A DNA stretch of 63,375 bases, filler included, from Octopus bimaculoides (Eukaryota), in assembly GCF_001194135.2 (NCBI RefSeq). It is 8 parts of 7 records of this genome, joined end to end, with 100 filler letters (N's around TTAATTAATTAA, not from the genome) between each part and the next. Parts side by side here need not be neighbours in the genome. Positions count along the whole stretch, not along the records: positions 46,478 to 49,808 come from NC_068983.1; positions 49,909 to 53,158 come from NW_026428529.1; positions 53,259 to 57,461 come from NC_069005.1; positions 57,562 to 60,906 come from NC_068983.1; positions 61,007 to 63,375 come from NC_068996.1; 3 more parts are not named here. One strand, 5' to 3'. The translations under genes and the position numbers were made by a program. The notes under the pieces are model-generated. The model did not search any database. It was not told where the DNA came from and saw nothing but the letters and a program-made list of their open reading frames with translations. This document shows, in pieces, positions 49,065-61,179 of the stretch; position 1 is the first letter of the stretch; each line of letters starts with the position of its first letter.

Positions 49065-49290
49065 TGCTACCAAGTAGGTGGCCGGTCAAAATATATTCCA
49101 AATTGGTTTCAAATTTTGGCAAAAGGCCAGCAAGTTTGCAGGCGGGTGTAAGCCGATTACATCGACCCCAGTGCTCAACAGATACTTATTTTATCGACCC
49201 TGAAAGGTAAAGTCGACCTAAATGAAATTTGAACTCAGAATGTAAGGACGGACGAAATGCCTCTAAGCATTTTGTCCGGCGTGCTAACGA
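49065..49290 (-). mobile_element. SINE family D
   Basis: gatacttattttatcgaccctgaaagg...atttgaactcagaatgtaagg...gtccggcgtgctaacgattc. Confidence 0.85.
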
Positions 49291-50009
49291 TTCTTCCAGC
49301 TTACCACTTTAAACAAATTTATTATTAAAATACATTTATTATAAAAACACATTCATTAAAACACATTTATTATTAAAAAGTGAAAGAGAACATACATACT
49401 AAGTAAGTGAAAGGGGGTCGGATAGAGCAGGCGTCAACCTCAGGTAGCACTCCCAGGAGTGGCAGCTATCTTCATTTGAATGAAGGAGAATTTCTACTGT
49501 AAAAACATAAGTTTCTGACAAACAGATATTCTGAAATGCTTACTTCCGTCACTGACTATAAATAATAAGTGAAGAGTAGAGCAGCCGCTATTAGCATAGT
49601 CGAGACTAGCATACCGAAGCGTCAAAGTAACTGTCACCACTTGTAAATGTGAAATAAATATGTATTCTAAATAACTATTGAGTATTCAACTTAATGTAAA
49701 ATTGTTTTTATTATACCTCGACATAAAATCGACTTCAAAACAAACATATAGATATATATATATATATATATATAGATGTATATATATATATATATATATA
49801 GATGTATANNNNNNNNNNNNNNNNNNNNNNNNNNNNNNNNNNNNNNNNNNNNTTAATTAATTAANNNNNNNNNNNNNNNNNNNNNNNNNNNNNNNNNNNN
49901 NNNNNNNNGTACTTAAGTTTAGGCATCAGAATTAAGTATGGTATTATCCATACAATTCCAAAATAAGGTGATTAAAATCAAAATAAGCAACAAGGATATC
50001 CAAAGTTAA

Positions 50010-50097
50010 TGCAGTACGATCGTTTCATGCGACTCCATTTATTTAAGCAATCTGAACATTACATTAAATGTAAAATGCAGAGCAATGCTTAGCTGCA
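50010..50097 (-). ncRNA. Decayed hammerhead motif (core mutated)
   Basis: Minus strand TGCAG-CTAAGCA-...-GAAA-C-GATC-GTA-CTGCA. Stem I perfect (5 bp); palindromic stem III ACGATCGT; CUGANGA carries two substitutions. Confidence 0.5.
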
Positions 50098-50741
50098 CAA
50101 AGATATAGAAATTTACTGAAATTTCATTTCAACAGAAGGACATATTGTTGTAACTACATTTAAACTCTCCAAGTAGAAAGGAAGAATACAAAAAAACATT
50201 TTGACTTTGCTAGACCATACAGGCTAGTAATTAATTCCAAGCAGATTTTAACTGTCACTGATTTTAGTTGTTTTTTTTTTTTGTTTCATCTTATCAGACC
50301 TAGTAATTCAAAGCTTAAGAGGGCACCAGCCTTTTTCTCCTAGGGAAAGGGAAAAGGGTAAACAATATACATGGGTGATATGGTTATAAAGATCCTTTTG
50401 GTTTTAGTGATAAACTATTATAGGTTGGGGGGGGGGTTTCTCTACTAGCAGACCAGTTTATAATGGAGCAGGGGAAGTTTAACACAAGGCACCTCGGTCA
50501 AAAGTATATAAAATAAGGTTGCTATATGTGTACAGATACAGTATATGTTTATTCATAGTTTTCATTAATCAGAATAATGTATCAGTATTGTTTTACATAT
50601 ACTAAGTTTGGAAAAATTGAGATACCAATATTTGCTTAATTAATATGTGAATAAATAAAATAATAAATAAATTAATTAATAATGAAATAAGAAATACAAA
50701 GAAATAGTATATTGTAATGTAACTAATCAATACATTCAGTA

Positions 50742-51312
50742 TGCACTCGTGCCAGTGGAAAATTAAAAGCACATCTGAACGTGGGGTGTAATCGGCCCAC
50801 TTATGAGTACATCTCATTCATTGGACAAGGAACTTTGCTTGCGAAGACCTATTGAGGCAAGTGTAAACAAATCAAAATTGCTGATGTGGCCAATGACAGT
50901 ACCGCCTGATTGGCACTCATGCCAGTGGAACATTAAAAGCACATCTGTTTGTGATCATTGCCAGGGCCACAAATTGGCTTCCATGCGGGTGACAAGTGAA
51001 AAGCACCATTCGAGTGCGATTGTTGCCAGCGTCGCCTTACCGGCACATATGCTAGTGACATGTGAAAAGCAACATTCAAGCGTGGTCGATGCCAGTGTTG
51101 CCGGACTGGCTCCTGTGCAGGTAGCATATAAAAACACCTTTTGAGCGTGGTCGTTGCCAGAACTGCCTGACTGGCCCTCATGCCGATGGCACGTAAAAGC
51201 ACCTACTACACTCTCGGAGCGGTTGGTGTTAGGAAGGGCATCCAGCTGTAGAAACTTTGCCAGATCAGATTGAGCCTGGTGCAGCCTCTGGCTCACCAAT
51301 CCTCAGTCAAAC
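50742..51312 (+). mobile_element. RTE-type non-autonomous element/SINE with internal ~60-bp tandem units
   Basis: Repeated tgcc.gtggcacgtaaaagcac..tt.gagcgtggtcgttgccag units, then ggttggtgttaggaagggcatccagctgtagaaac. Confidence 0.82.
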
Positions 51313-52116
51313 NNNNNNNNNNNNNNNNNNNNNNNNNNNNNNNNNNNNNNNNNNNNNNNNNNNNNNNNNNNNNNNNNNNNNNNNNNNNNNNNNNNNNNNN
51401 NNNNNNNNNNNNNNNNNNNNNNNNNNNNNNNNNNNNNNNNNNNNNNNNNNNNNNNNNNNNNNNNNNNNNNNNNNNNNNNNNNNNNNNNNNNNNNNNNNNN
51501 NNNNNNNNNNNNNNNNNNNNNNNNNNNNNNNNNNNNNNNNNNNNNNNNNNNNNNNNNNNNNNNNCATCTACGATAAGTCTTGTGAGGTGAAAATCAACTA
51601 AAAAAGAAAGCCTTATAATGAAAAAACCCTTATGATGTAAATATGTTCGTAATTCAAAAGTTGATGAAATTAATAGGGAAAGTCTGAAGGCTGTTTTGCG
51701 TAACATTATTAAGCGTATGTAAATTTCATCCGTCTAATTGGCTATAGAAATGCTTGTGCAAAACAACTTTTTGCACTGCCCTGATTATACATAGCAGGGT
51801 AATCCCTTTTCGCAGGAGCTAGGATGGCAATTTGTGATGAAGCAATTGTTGGCGATCTGTTGCTACACAGTTCTGCCAGAATTCTAACAGATTGGCAGTT
51901 GATGTTGATGCACCATTTTGCATTATGTTCAAAGTAGCTTCTGGAATGTGGTGAATTGCTGCAGTCTGTTGCTGTCTTTTGAAACTGGTTGCTTTCTTTC
52001 TTCTTTGGAGGGATAATCTATGTACATATTAAACAGAACAACAAAAGTTATAAGAGATGGCAGGGCCGGTAGTTTTCCCATTTCGGTAATTTTTCAGATT
52101 AACACCCGCACGATTA

Positions 52117-52145
52117 CCTAACCCTAATCCTAACCCTAACCCTAA
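52117..52145 (-). repeat. Short interstitial (TTAGGG)n telomere-like tract
   Basis: cctaaccctaatcctaaccctaaccctaa, about 5 units. Confidence 0.8.
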
Positions 52146-53354
52146 ACATGAGTTATATTGTAGTGAATGCTTGTGTGTACGTGTGTGTGTATGCCTTTGA
52201 GAGAGCGAGAGAGAAGAGGGAGAGAGGAAGAGAGAGAGAGAGGCGGAGAAAGGAATAGAGAACGGGAGCAATGAAGAGAAAGAAAGAGAGGAAGGGAGAA
52301 TGGAAGACAGTTATAAAATAGCAATGCGTGCGCGTGTTTATATAAGAAACACAAACAAACTAAATCTTATATCTATAATGTTGATGTGTGTATGTGTTTA
52401 TGTGTATGCTGTTGTCACAGATCACGTATGTGTGGTTGTGTGTGTTTTTACGTTTCTATGTTAACAAAAATATGTTAGAGGTAGAGGGATAGAAGAAAGC
52501 TATTAAATGGGAGAGAGGAAGAAGAACGAACAGTGAAAAGGTAGAAGGAAAGAATAGTTTTAAAGCAAGTTAATCTATGACTTTGTATGTATTATTTTCT
52601 CTCTCTCTCTCTCTCTCTCTCTCCCTCTTTTACTCTTACTCTCTATAGTATATGTTAAGTGCGTGGTTGATGTGTAAGAACGCCGGTACAGGTAGAAGGG
52701 AAGAAATATAAAAGTTGCTAGAAACAACAGCCAAATCTCCCTTAAATCAAACAAAGTAAACGGAATTTAAAAAATCTAATTACTGCACTGGGAAGCTGAC
52801 ATCGAGAAAATTCCATTGATGTAAAATCTTTTACGAAAAAGTGGAAAATGTGGATTGCTATAAACTTTTAAAAAGGCATCACACAAATACACAACTTCAG
52901 CTTTATATGTTAAGATGGGCAACATACACATACACACTAAAGAAAAAAAATGACAGGTATTTGTATGTATGTGTGTATTAATGTGTATTCTGTGTCTCTC
53001 TCTCTATATATATAGTAAGTAAATGCATTTTAAGAAATATATTGAAAAAATTCAGTTTGTAGGGAATAAATGTTTGACTGTTGATCGTATTTAGAAGAGA
53101 CTGACAGGTGTTTGTATGTATGTGTTTATTTGTATGTATGTGTGTATTTGTACGTATGNNNNNNNNNNNNNNNNNNNNNNNNNNNNNNNNNNNNNNNNNN
53201 NNTTAATTAATTAANNNNNNNNNNNNNNNNNNNNNNNNNNNNNNNNNNNNNNNNNNNNCCTACTTGTTTGCACGCAAAACCTTCACAACGCACACTCACG
53301 CATTCACTCACACATTCTTTTTGTTCAGTACTGTCCATAAAAAGGAATTATTAC

Positions 53355-53397
<43 letters not shown>

Positions 53398-53409
53398 GTT
53401 GTTATTATT

Positions 53410-54439
53410 GACTTTTGCTTTGCATTTGTACAAGTTGGCTCCAAGTCTCACCCAGGGACCTCAAGAGACAAGTTAGAAGCTCATGTTGGTGTTATGCCTA
53501 GGGTGCCATATATTTAGTTTTGTACATAGTGTTGTTCTAGAGAGTGTTTAAGAAACCATAAGAAAATTATGTGTCTGTTTTAAAATTTGAGATTACATAG
53601 ATAGTATTCTACGTAGGATATGGGCAGTTCCCATGAGCACTATCTTTAGAATTTCTGCAATTGTTGGGTTTCTTGATATCTAAGCTATCATTCCTAGGGC
53701 ACCTATGACAACAGGTATTATTTTAGTCTTGAGGTTTCCACATTTTGCCAATTTCTATTGCAAGATCTTTATATTTGCTCAGTTTATGGTAGGTCTTGAC
53801 AGATACGTTTATATCGATTGGGACAGTCATTGAGGAGGCATGATTTTTGTCTGAAGTTTTTCAATGTGATGTTTGACCTATTTGCATCTATCTTTCTGTA
53901 AGTTTGAATAGTGAAGTTCCAGAGGAGTGAGATGTGATTTTTGTAAAGCACTGGGGGTGGTTTGTGTTCCCACCAGTTTTTGTCATGGGGCAAGTCCAGG
54001 TTTTTGCAAATTTCTCAGTGAATATATTGTGCAGCTCTATTACGCCTGTTGAGATACTCTGTAGGCGCAAGAAAACTGCACGTGGAGACAATAATTGTCT
54101 CATTTTGTTGTTGACATACACGGCATATTGGGGAGCTACCATCCTTTAATATGTTGGCCTGGTAGTTCTTTGTAGGTAGGCATTGATCTTGTGCTGCGAT
54201 GATAAATCCTTCTGTTTCTGATTTTAAGCCAGAAGCCATTAGCCATTGATGGGTAAGGGCTTCGTCAACATCGGCATTATTCGCTCTCTTTGGGTATTTG
54301 CCATTGAGTGGTTTTTCTTGCCATTTATTAGTCAGAATATCTAAGGCAGCAGTTTTAGCACGGGTTTTCATGCGCTTAGCTTTTTCTGCGTTTGTTTCTT
54401 GGACGTCTAATTCTAGAATTTGTTGTATTCGGAATTCAC

Positions 54440-54440
<1 letters not shown>
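53410..54440 (-). mobile_element. 5'-truncated R4/Dong-like LINE (RT C-terminus, zinc knuckle, REL) embedded in (TAA)n
   Basis: WLMASGLKSETEGFIIAAQDQCLPTKNY..CRVCQQQNETIIVSTC; WWEHKP; VPIDINVSVKTYHKLSKYKDLAIEI; IPVVIGALG; VLMGTAHILRRIL*. (TTA)n on both sides (53347-53409 and 54441-54487). Confidence 0.93.
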
Positions 54441-54487
<47 letters not shown>

Positions 54488-54936
54488 NNNNNNNNNNNNN
54501 NNNNNNNNNNNNNNNNNNNNNNNNNNNNNNNNNNNNNNNNNNNNNNNNNNNNNNNNNNNNNNNNNNNNNNNNNNNNNNNNNNNNNNNNNNNNNNNNNNNN
54601 NNNNNNNNNNNNNNNNNNNNNNNNNNNNNNNNNNNNNNNNNNNNNNNNNNNNNNNNNNNNNNNNNNNNNNNNNNNNNNNNNNNNNNNNNNNNNNNNNNNN
54701 NNNNNNNNNNNNNNNNNNNNNNNNNNNNNNNNNNNNNNNNNNNNNNNNNNNNNNNNNNNNNNNNNNNNNNNNNNNNNNNNNNNNNNNNNNNNNNNNNNNN
54801 NNNNNNNNNNNNNNNNNNNNNNNNNNNNNNNNNNNNNNNNNNNNNNNNNNNNNNNNNNNNNNNNNNNNNNNNNNNNNNNNNNNNNNNNNNNNNNNNNNNN
54901 NNNNNNNNNNNNNNNNNNNNNNNNNNNNNNNNNNNN

Positions 54937-55215
54937 AGCCTGACAGTAACTCCAATATTCTTAATGTTTTTCAAAGCCCTTAGAAATTACTCCCAATGTT
55001 CCAGTTACCACCGGTATCACTATTACTTTCCTCATACTTTTCCTATCTCGTCCCGCAGTGGCTGGTATTTCTCAATCTTTTCTGTTTCCTTACATCTCAC
55101 CCTCGAATCGCCTGGTATTGCAACATCTATTATTTTTCCTTCTTTTTCATCATTATGGAAGAGCACGATATCTGGCCGTCTCATCTCTATTATAGGGTCG
55201 CACTGTATGTTAAAA
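54937..55215 (-). mobile_element. R4/Dong-like LINE REL fragment
   Basis: FNIQCDPIIEMRRPDIVLF..IIDVAIPGDSRVRCKETEKIEKYQPLRDEI..VIPVVTGTLGVI. Confidence 0.88.
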
Positions 55216-55219
55216 AAAA

Positions 55220-55770
55220 TCTCTTACAAATTATCTCTTCACATAATATTAAACTATTAAATATTGATACATTTAGTAATACTAACATTAATTTAGCTAA
55301 TACCACCCATCCCACTAGAAATATTAATAACAAGGTTATTGTATCTGAAGTAAAGTACAACAGGACCAACTTTATGTCAAGTAACTCTAAAATTTAAAAT
55401 TCTATATACCAGTGAAAAATTACTTCTGGTAATGAAGTCTTTTTTTATATTGGAAGCACATCTCTGTTATCTAGAAGAATTTCTAATCATTACTCTACAT
55501 TTAAGGATAGGAATAAACGTAACAGTACAGGGCTTAGTAAATTAATTTGGTATCTAAAAGATCACAATAAACAATTTAATTTAGATTGGTTGATTCTCTC
55601 AATCTCAATCTCGATGCCTTATGACAAAGGCAAGGAAGTCTGTCTTCTCTGTAATTCTGAACTATCTTTTATTCTTTTTTCTAAAATTCCCCTTGTAAAC
55701 ACGGTTATAGAGAGTGCATAACGATGTCAACATTGGTAGAAACACACTTTCAGTTCATATATGTGATATC
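55220..55770 (+). mobile_element. Penelope-like element 3' fragment with GIY-YIG endonuclease
   Basis: KISY / IISSHNIKLLN linker, then SIYQ*KITSGNEVFFYIGSTSLLSRRISNHYSTF...STGLSKLIWYLKD...W...CLLCNSE...RCQH. Open frame 55416-55718, absent from the ORF track. Confidence 0.88.
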
Positions 55771-56089
55771 TATCATTATATATAATTTAAAGATTAAATT
55801 TCTTCTTACATTTCACATTCAGTAAATATATCTTTTTCCAAGTTTATATCGTTTTATCTAATATACATATAGTTATATACATCTCATTTATTTAGTTTCT
55901 TCTTTCTTTTACCCCGCCTCTTTTTACAGGCTACCTTTAACGTTATATCACCTAACGTTTTTTTCGAAACAAACTTGATAGCGTTCAATTAATCACTATA
56001 CATATCCATTATTTTCTGTTAAAATGCCTTATTGACGAGTTTCATTTCTTCATTTCCTTGAAGAGAATATTTCAGTGTTTTACACCTAC

Positions 56090-56705
56090 GTAAAGTTTTC
56101 AAAACGTTTTCATCGTTCTCGACACAACCAAGGAGATCTTGTGCAACTGAAACCCGAGTGTCTTTTTGGTCAGTTGAAAGCAGTTCTAACAAAACTTGGT
56201 AGACACGCGTCTCATACCCAAAATGTCAGTGATCATTGACTGAACTTGACCGCAACTAATCTGCACATCCTCTGATAACTCACGGATGGTGATTCAATGA
56301 GTTCTCCTCATAGCTGCACGCAAATCTGCGATGTTTTTCTCAGTTCTGCTGGTTGTGGATCTCTCAGAATGTTTGTCAATATCGACATTTTTTCGGCCAT
56401 CTTTGAAACATCTGAACCACTCGTATACTTGTCTGCGGCTCATACACGCTTCTCCATACACTTTCTGCGCAGACCTCTGAGCAGATATCGCCAGGACAAC
56501 TTTCTTTGTAATGGTCAATGCGACGATCACACGCTGCACACCTTCCTTCCAAGCACTGCTCTAAACAGTGGAAGTGAGTTGGAACGTTAAAACTTAGTGC
56601 GCATGCACAGCAGAGATCGGAATCAATCTTTGCTAAGCGGATTTACTGTATGTGCATTAGCTTCGTTATTATGGCAACAGTCTGGATACTTATAGATCAA
56701 ACCTC

Positions 56706-56706
<1 letters not shown>
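56090..56706 (-). mobile_element. 5' half of a decayed mariner transposon
   Basis: QKVYGEACMSRRQVYEWFRCFKDGR..D..SERSTTSRTE; ITIRELSEDV..GMRRVSTKF; TIR cgaggtttgatc.ataagtatccagac with TA at 56707. Confidence 0.88.
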
Positions 56707-56776
<70 letters not shown>

Positions 56777-57429
56777 CGAGTGTCCCCGAACCTCTTGTTG
56801 CTTTAAATAGTTCTTTTACTTCTTGTTGATAAAGGGTATTGTTTGGGGATAGTCTGTGAGTCCTTTTTCTTTTTTTCTTTCCAAGGTTTAGAATGTTGCC
56901 AATAACGACAGAGACGACTATGACGACTAAGACTACGCCGACGACGGCGGTGATGGCGATGAAGATGACGACGACAACGACGCTGATGACGGTGATAATG
57001 ATGATGATTGTGATGATGGTGATAATGACGATGGCGATGATAGTGGTGGTGTTAATGACATCGACAAACAGGATGAATGTGTTGAAGGTTATAATAATCG
57101 TGCCAACGACGACATTGGTGGAAGTGATGCTGGTTGTGCTGGTGGTGGTCCAAGCCCTTGTTTTTCTTTCCTTTAAACACATAGTCTTATAATTTTCTAT
57201 TCTCTTGTTTTAGTTTCATTTGTTTTAGTTACTTATTTTTTACTTTTGGAGGGCGTCGGAATTTCTTAATTGAATACAAGACATTTGTGCCAGTGCGCAC
57301 TCGCATGTGTTTGTGTGTGCGTGTGTACACGTCTGTATCTGAGTGAATATATACTAATATGCATACAAATGTACATATACATTCGTGTTTCTGTGTATAT
57401 ACATATATCTATTTATATACAAATATACA

Positions 57430-57461
<32 letters not shown>

Positions 57462-57561
57462 NNNNNNNNNNNNNNNNNNNNNNNNNNNNNNNNNNNNNNN
57501 NNNNNTTAATTAATTAANNNNNNNNNNNNNNNNNNNNNNNNNNNNNNNNNNNNNNNNNNNN

Positions 57562-57603
<42 letters not shown>

Positions 57604-57604
57604 T

Positions 57605-57720
57605 ACTCACAAATATATACACATACGACGGGATTCTTTCAGTTTCCGTCTACCAAATCCACTCACAGGGCCTTGGTCGGCTCGAGGCTATAGTAGAAGA
57701 CATTTGCACAAGGTGCCACA
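57605..57720 (-). mobile_element. SINE family B head fragment
   Basis: gacgggattctttcagtttccgtctaccaaatccactcacagggccttggtcggctcgaggctatagtagaagac. Confidence 0.85.
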
Positions 57721-58459
57721 TGTGCATATATATCTCGTTTTGCTCCGACTTTCTTGTTCTCAGTCATTAGGCACTGTTTATAGATAAGCAATGAGTAAGA
57801 AAAAATGCAACTCGTCAAAAACTCAGCTGCTGGTCAAATGGCTGTCTACTTTCGATAGCAAGCTGTAATGCAGGACTTTGATGGGTTAGCTAGTTGCATG
57901 TACAACAATAAATGCAAGTATATAAGAAATTCCACTCTTTCTTCTCACTCTAACGCTTTAAAACTAACGATTTAAGACGATATAATCCCTGCCACCTAAC
58001 AAAAAGCTGCATATCCCATGAATGCATTTTAAACTTTTAAGTATTTTCCCTATATAAGAAAACTGTATCTCCTCATAAAATGCTTAGTTTAGCGTAATCT
58101 ATCTGCCTCGGTTTATGCTGCGTCGAAAGAATGATAAAATAGCGCTATACACGGCTATCAACCAGCGGAAATTTTAAGAACTTTTTAATGCGTGTGACAA
58201 AGTAGTGTAAATGTGTATACCCATGTGTATATCCGTTCCATCTTCTTCAAACTTTGAACCTCTTCTCAACTTAACTTAATTTAGAAGAGATTGTCTCCCC
58301 TTTAACAGTAGGCCACTAGGCGTATAATACGTGAATAAAAACACTGTTCAATTGTTTAAAATTTTGCCCGTCTTCTGAGATTTCGTCAGCTCTGAGCAAG
58401 ACACTTCCTTCAAACAATGGTCTTCTTTTGAAACGTATAGAAACAATTTCTTCGCAAAA

Positions 58460-59310
58460 TGTATTGATGGCAGCACATGGTTACGTGCGCAGTGAGAGCT
58501 AGCAGTAACCTTCATGAGGAAGTGTGTCGAGTGACATCACTGTGTTTATTCCGTAAGATGTGAAACTTGTGTCTTTGTGATCAAATATATGCTGTAGTCT
58601 GCGATTTTGTCACGGACAGGAACAAACAGTCAACGTGAAATTTTGCATCAAACTTGGGAAGTCTTCTACAGACACATTGAGCGTGTTTCGGCAAGCTTAC
58701 GGTGACGAGGCAATGTTTCGAGTTGCACAAGTACTTAAAAAGTGGAAGAACGTCTTTGGAAGACGACGAGCGATCTTGAAGACCTGCCACGAGCGTCATC
58801 CCCGGAAATGTGGAGAAAATTCACTAGCTTGTGCATGAGGATCATCGGAGGACAATCAACGACGTTTTGAAACGTTTGAGGGAAGACATTCCTCGAAATC
58901 GACCGGATCTGTGGTGCGCGAAGAATTGGATTCTTTACGATGACAATGTACCCTGTCACCGAACTCACCTCACTTGTGAGTTTCTCGCCAAAAACAACAT
59001 GAGGTTGCTTTTGCACCCACTCTATTCGCCAGATTTAGTACCTGCGGACTTCCATCCCTTCCCCAAGATGAAAAGGCAGCTCAAAGGTTGCCATTTTAAC
59101 ACCGTTGCTGAGATCCAGAGCGAATCGCAGAAGTTTCTCGACTCGTTTACGGAAAACGACTTCCGGGCTGGGATCCATAAGTGTAGGAACTCTGGGACCG
59201 ACGGATTGCTGCGCAAATTGACTATTTCAAAGAAGATGGTGTTAAAGGTTTGATAAATATGTTATTTTTATTAAACATAACTAGTTCAGGAACCTTTTGA
59301 TACCACAGCG
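58460..59310 (+). mobile_element. Internally deleted mariner (DD34D) derivative
   Basis: KFCIKLGKSSTDT HTH fused through RRTIND|VLKRLRE to LYDDNVPCH...YSPDLVPADF (34-residue spacing). Right TIR agttcaggaaccttttgataccacagcg + TA. Left TIR not evident. Confidence 0.9.
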
Positions 59311-59649
59311 TATATTTTCATTGAAACAAATGATTTTATTTTCAGTTTGATTTAGTGAGGTTTATTACATGTTTATATTTGTTATATGTGAACACTCTAC
59401 CAGTTATTGCGATTTATTCGTCTAAATAGAATTTGGTATCTTAATGAACATCAGTGCCCGATTCTTTTTGATATTTTTAATGCACTTTGATTATCGATAT
59501 ATTTTATTTAAATTTTAAGTCATTGTCTTTTAAGAGGTTTAAGTCCGTTCAGCTTGAACATCAAGTTCTTAATTGATATCCGGTGAGCCAAATGGATATC
59601 TTAGTAAGACAGGATATTCTTGTGAAGTGCTGATCTACACCTTATTTTG

Positions 59650-60180
59650 AACCCTGTGCAGTTAATTCTGTAATGTCATTTGGTCAATGCATATTGTAGG
59701 TGTCACCTTTAGATTACGAAAGAATTCTGTATTGTTTGTGGAGCAACGATCTGCAATGTTGTTGCCTTTGATTGGGTAAATAATTATTTCTTCCGTGAAC
59801 TGCTTATTGGTGAGGTCAAACAGATATCTTGCCTTTCTTCGGTCATAGTGCGTAATTTCTATGATAATGTGTTTCTCTGATCATTTGAACTTATAAAGAT
59901 TGACATCACACTACAGGAATACACTGGAATGTTGATGCAATTTGGTTAACACCTCTTCTATCTTTACGAGGGTTCCTTTAGATGTTTATCATGATTTAAC
60001 GCGCCTCGTGAGCGATATGCTTGTATGCATATGATATGGTGGTTGCTGTTGATGATGTTTAACTCTGTGTTGGTCTGTTTAAGCCAAGTCATAGTTAAAG
60101 GCATTCCAAACGAAACCATTCCCGTATTTACTTCTAGGTATAGTGAATCACAGATTACATTATGCAATATGTCTTTCTAT
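59650..60180 (-). mobile_element. Decayed APE endonuclease of a CR1/L2/Jockey-group LINE
   Basis: IICIQAYRS (YRPP-like), VFL*CDVNL (GDFN-like), YPIKGNNIADRCSTNN (PTRxxNxLDL-like), in the correct order. Confidence 0.68.
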
Positions 60181-60661
60181 TTTATACGTGTCTTTTGGGG
60201 TGAATTTGGTAGTTATTTCTAGCACAAAGAAGTTTCCTCTGTATCACTTAATGGGTTTGTATTTCCGTATTTCAGAATGGTCATTTTTTTCTGCCAAATA
60301 AACACACGGACTATATATTCATTTTTCACTTGTTTATTACCGCTCTTATTCGAACTCATGTCTACTGTCCGGAAATCTTTCGTCACCCATCTGTGACCTC
60401 TCCACCGACACTTTCCATCCTCGTATGTGCTCCTGCTCCGCTTAGTCTATTCTGTTCCCCTGTGATGTGAATTTCATTGACTATTAGTGAGTCCCAAAGC
60501 AAGTGTACTTTGTGACAGCAAAACCGTGAGTGCCACATATCTATTCGTATATATGGAAAACTCTCCATCACTTTCTTCTTACCTATCAGCACATGATACG
60601 ACATATTTTAGTATGTTTATTTCTGTATCAGTTACGTTAGTTGATAGATGAGTTTTCGTAG

Positions 60662-60719
60662 GAAGCATGGCGGCGAAACGGGTGCGCCCGATAGAATATC
60701 TTTCGATGGCTCGTTGCAG
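60662..60719 (+). other. Candidate 58-nt exon of an unidentified host gene
   Basis: ttttcgtAG|GAAGCATGGCGGCG...TTGCAG|GTAACG. GC/CpG-rich in AT-rich context; two frames open. No homology recognised. Confidence 0.3.
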
Positions 60720-60780
60720 GTAACGTGAAGGTCAACCATGTTTTATATTCCTTAAATACAAGCCAAGTCCTGGTGCAGTT

Positions 60781-60906
60781 TCTTCTTCTTCTTCTTCTTC
60801 TTCTTCTTCTTCTTCTTCTTCTTCTTCTTCTTCTTCTTCTTCTTCTTCTTCTTCTTCTTCTTCTTCTTCTTCTTCTTCTTCTTCTTCTTCTCTCTCTCTC
60901 TCTCTC
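60781..60906. repeat. (CTT)n then (CT)n microsatellite
   Basis: Direct reading. Confidence 0.95.
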
Positions 60907-61025
60907 NNNNNNNNNNNNNNNNNNNNNNNNNNNNNNNNNNNNNNNNNNNNTTAATTAATTAANNNNNNNNNNNNNNNNNNNNNNNNNNNNNNNNNNNNNN
61001 NNNNNNTATATATATACACATATAC

Positions 61026-61084
<59 letters not shown>

Positions 61085-61179
61085 ATAGTTATGGACATAT
61101 ATATACATATATATATATGTATCAAATGGATGTCTTTTAAAACAATTTCGCACACACACACATACATATATCTACGTGT

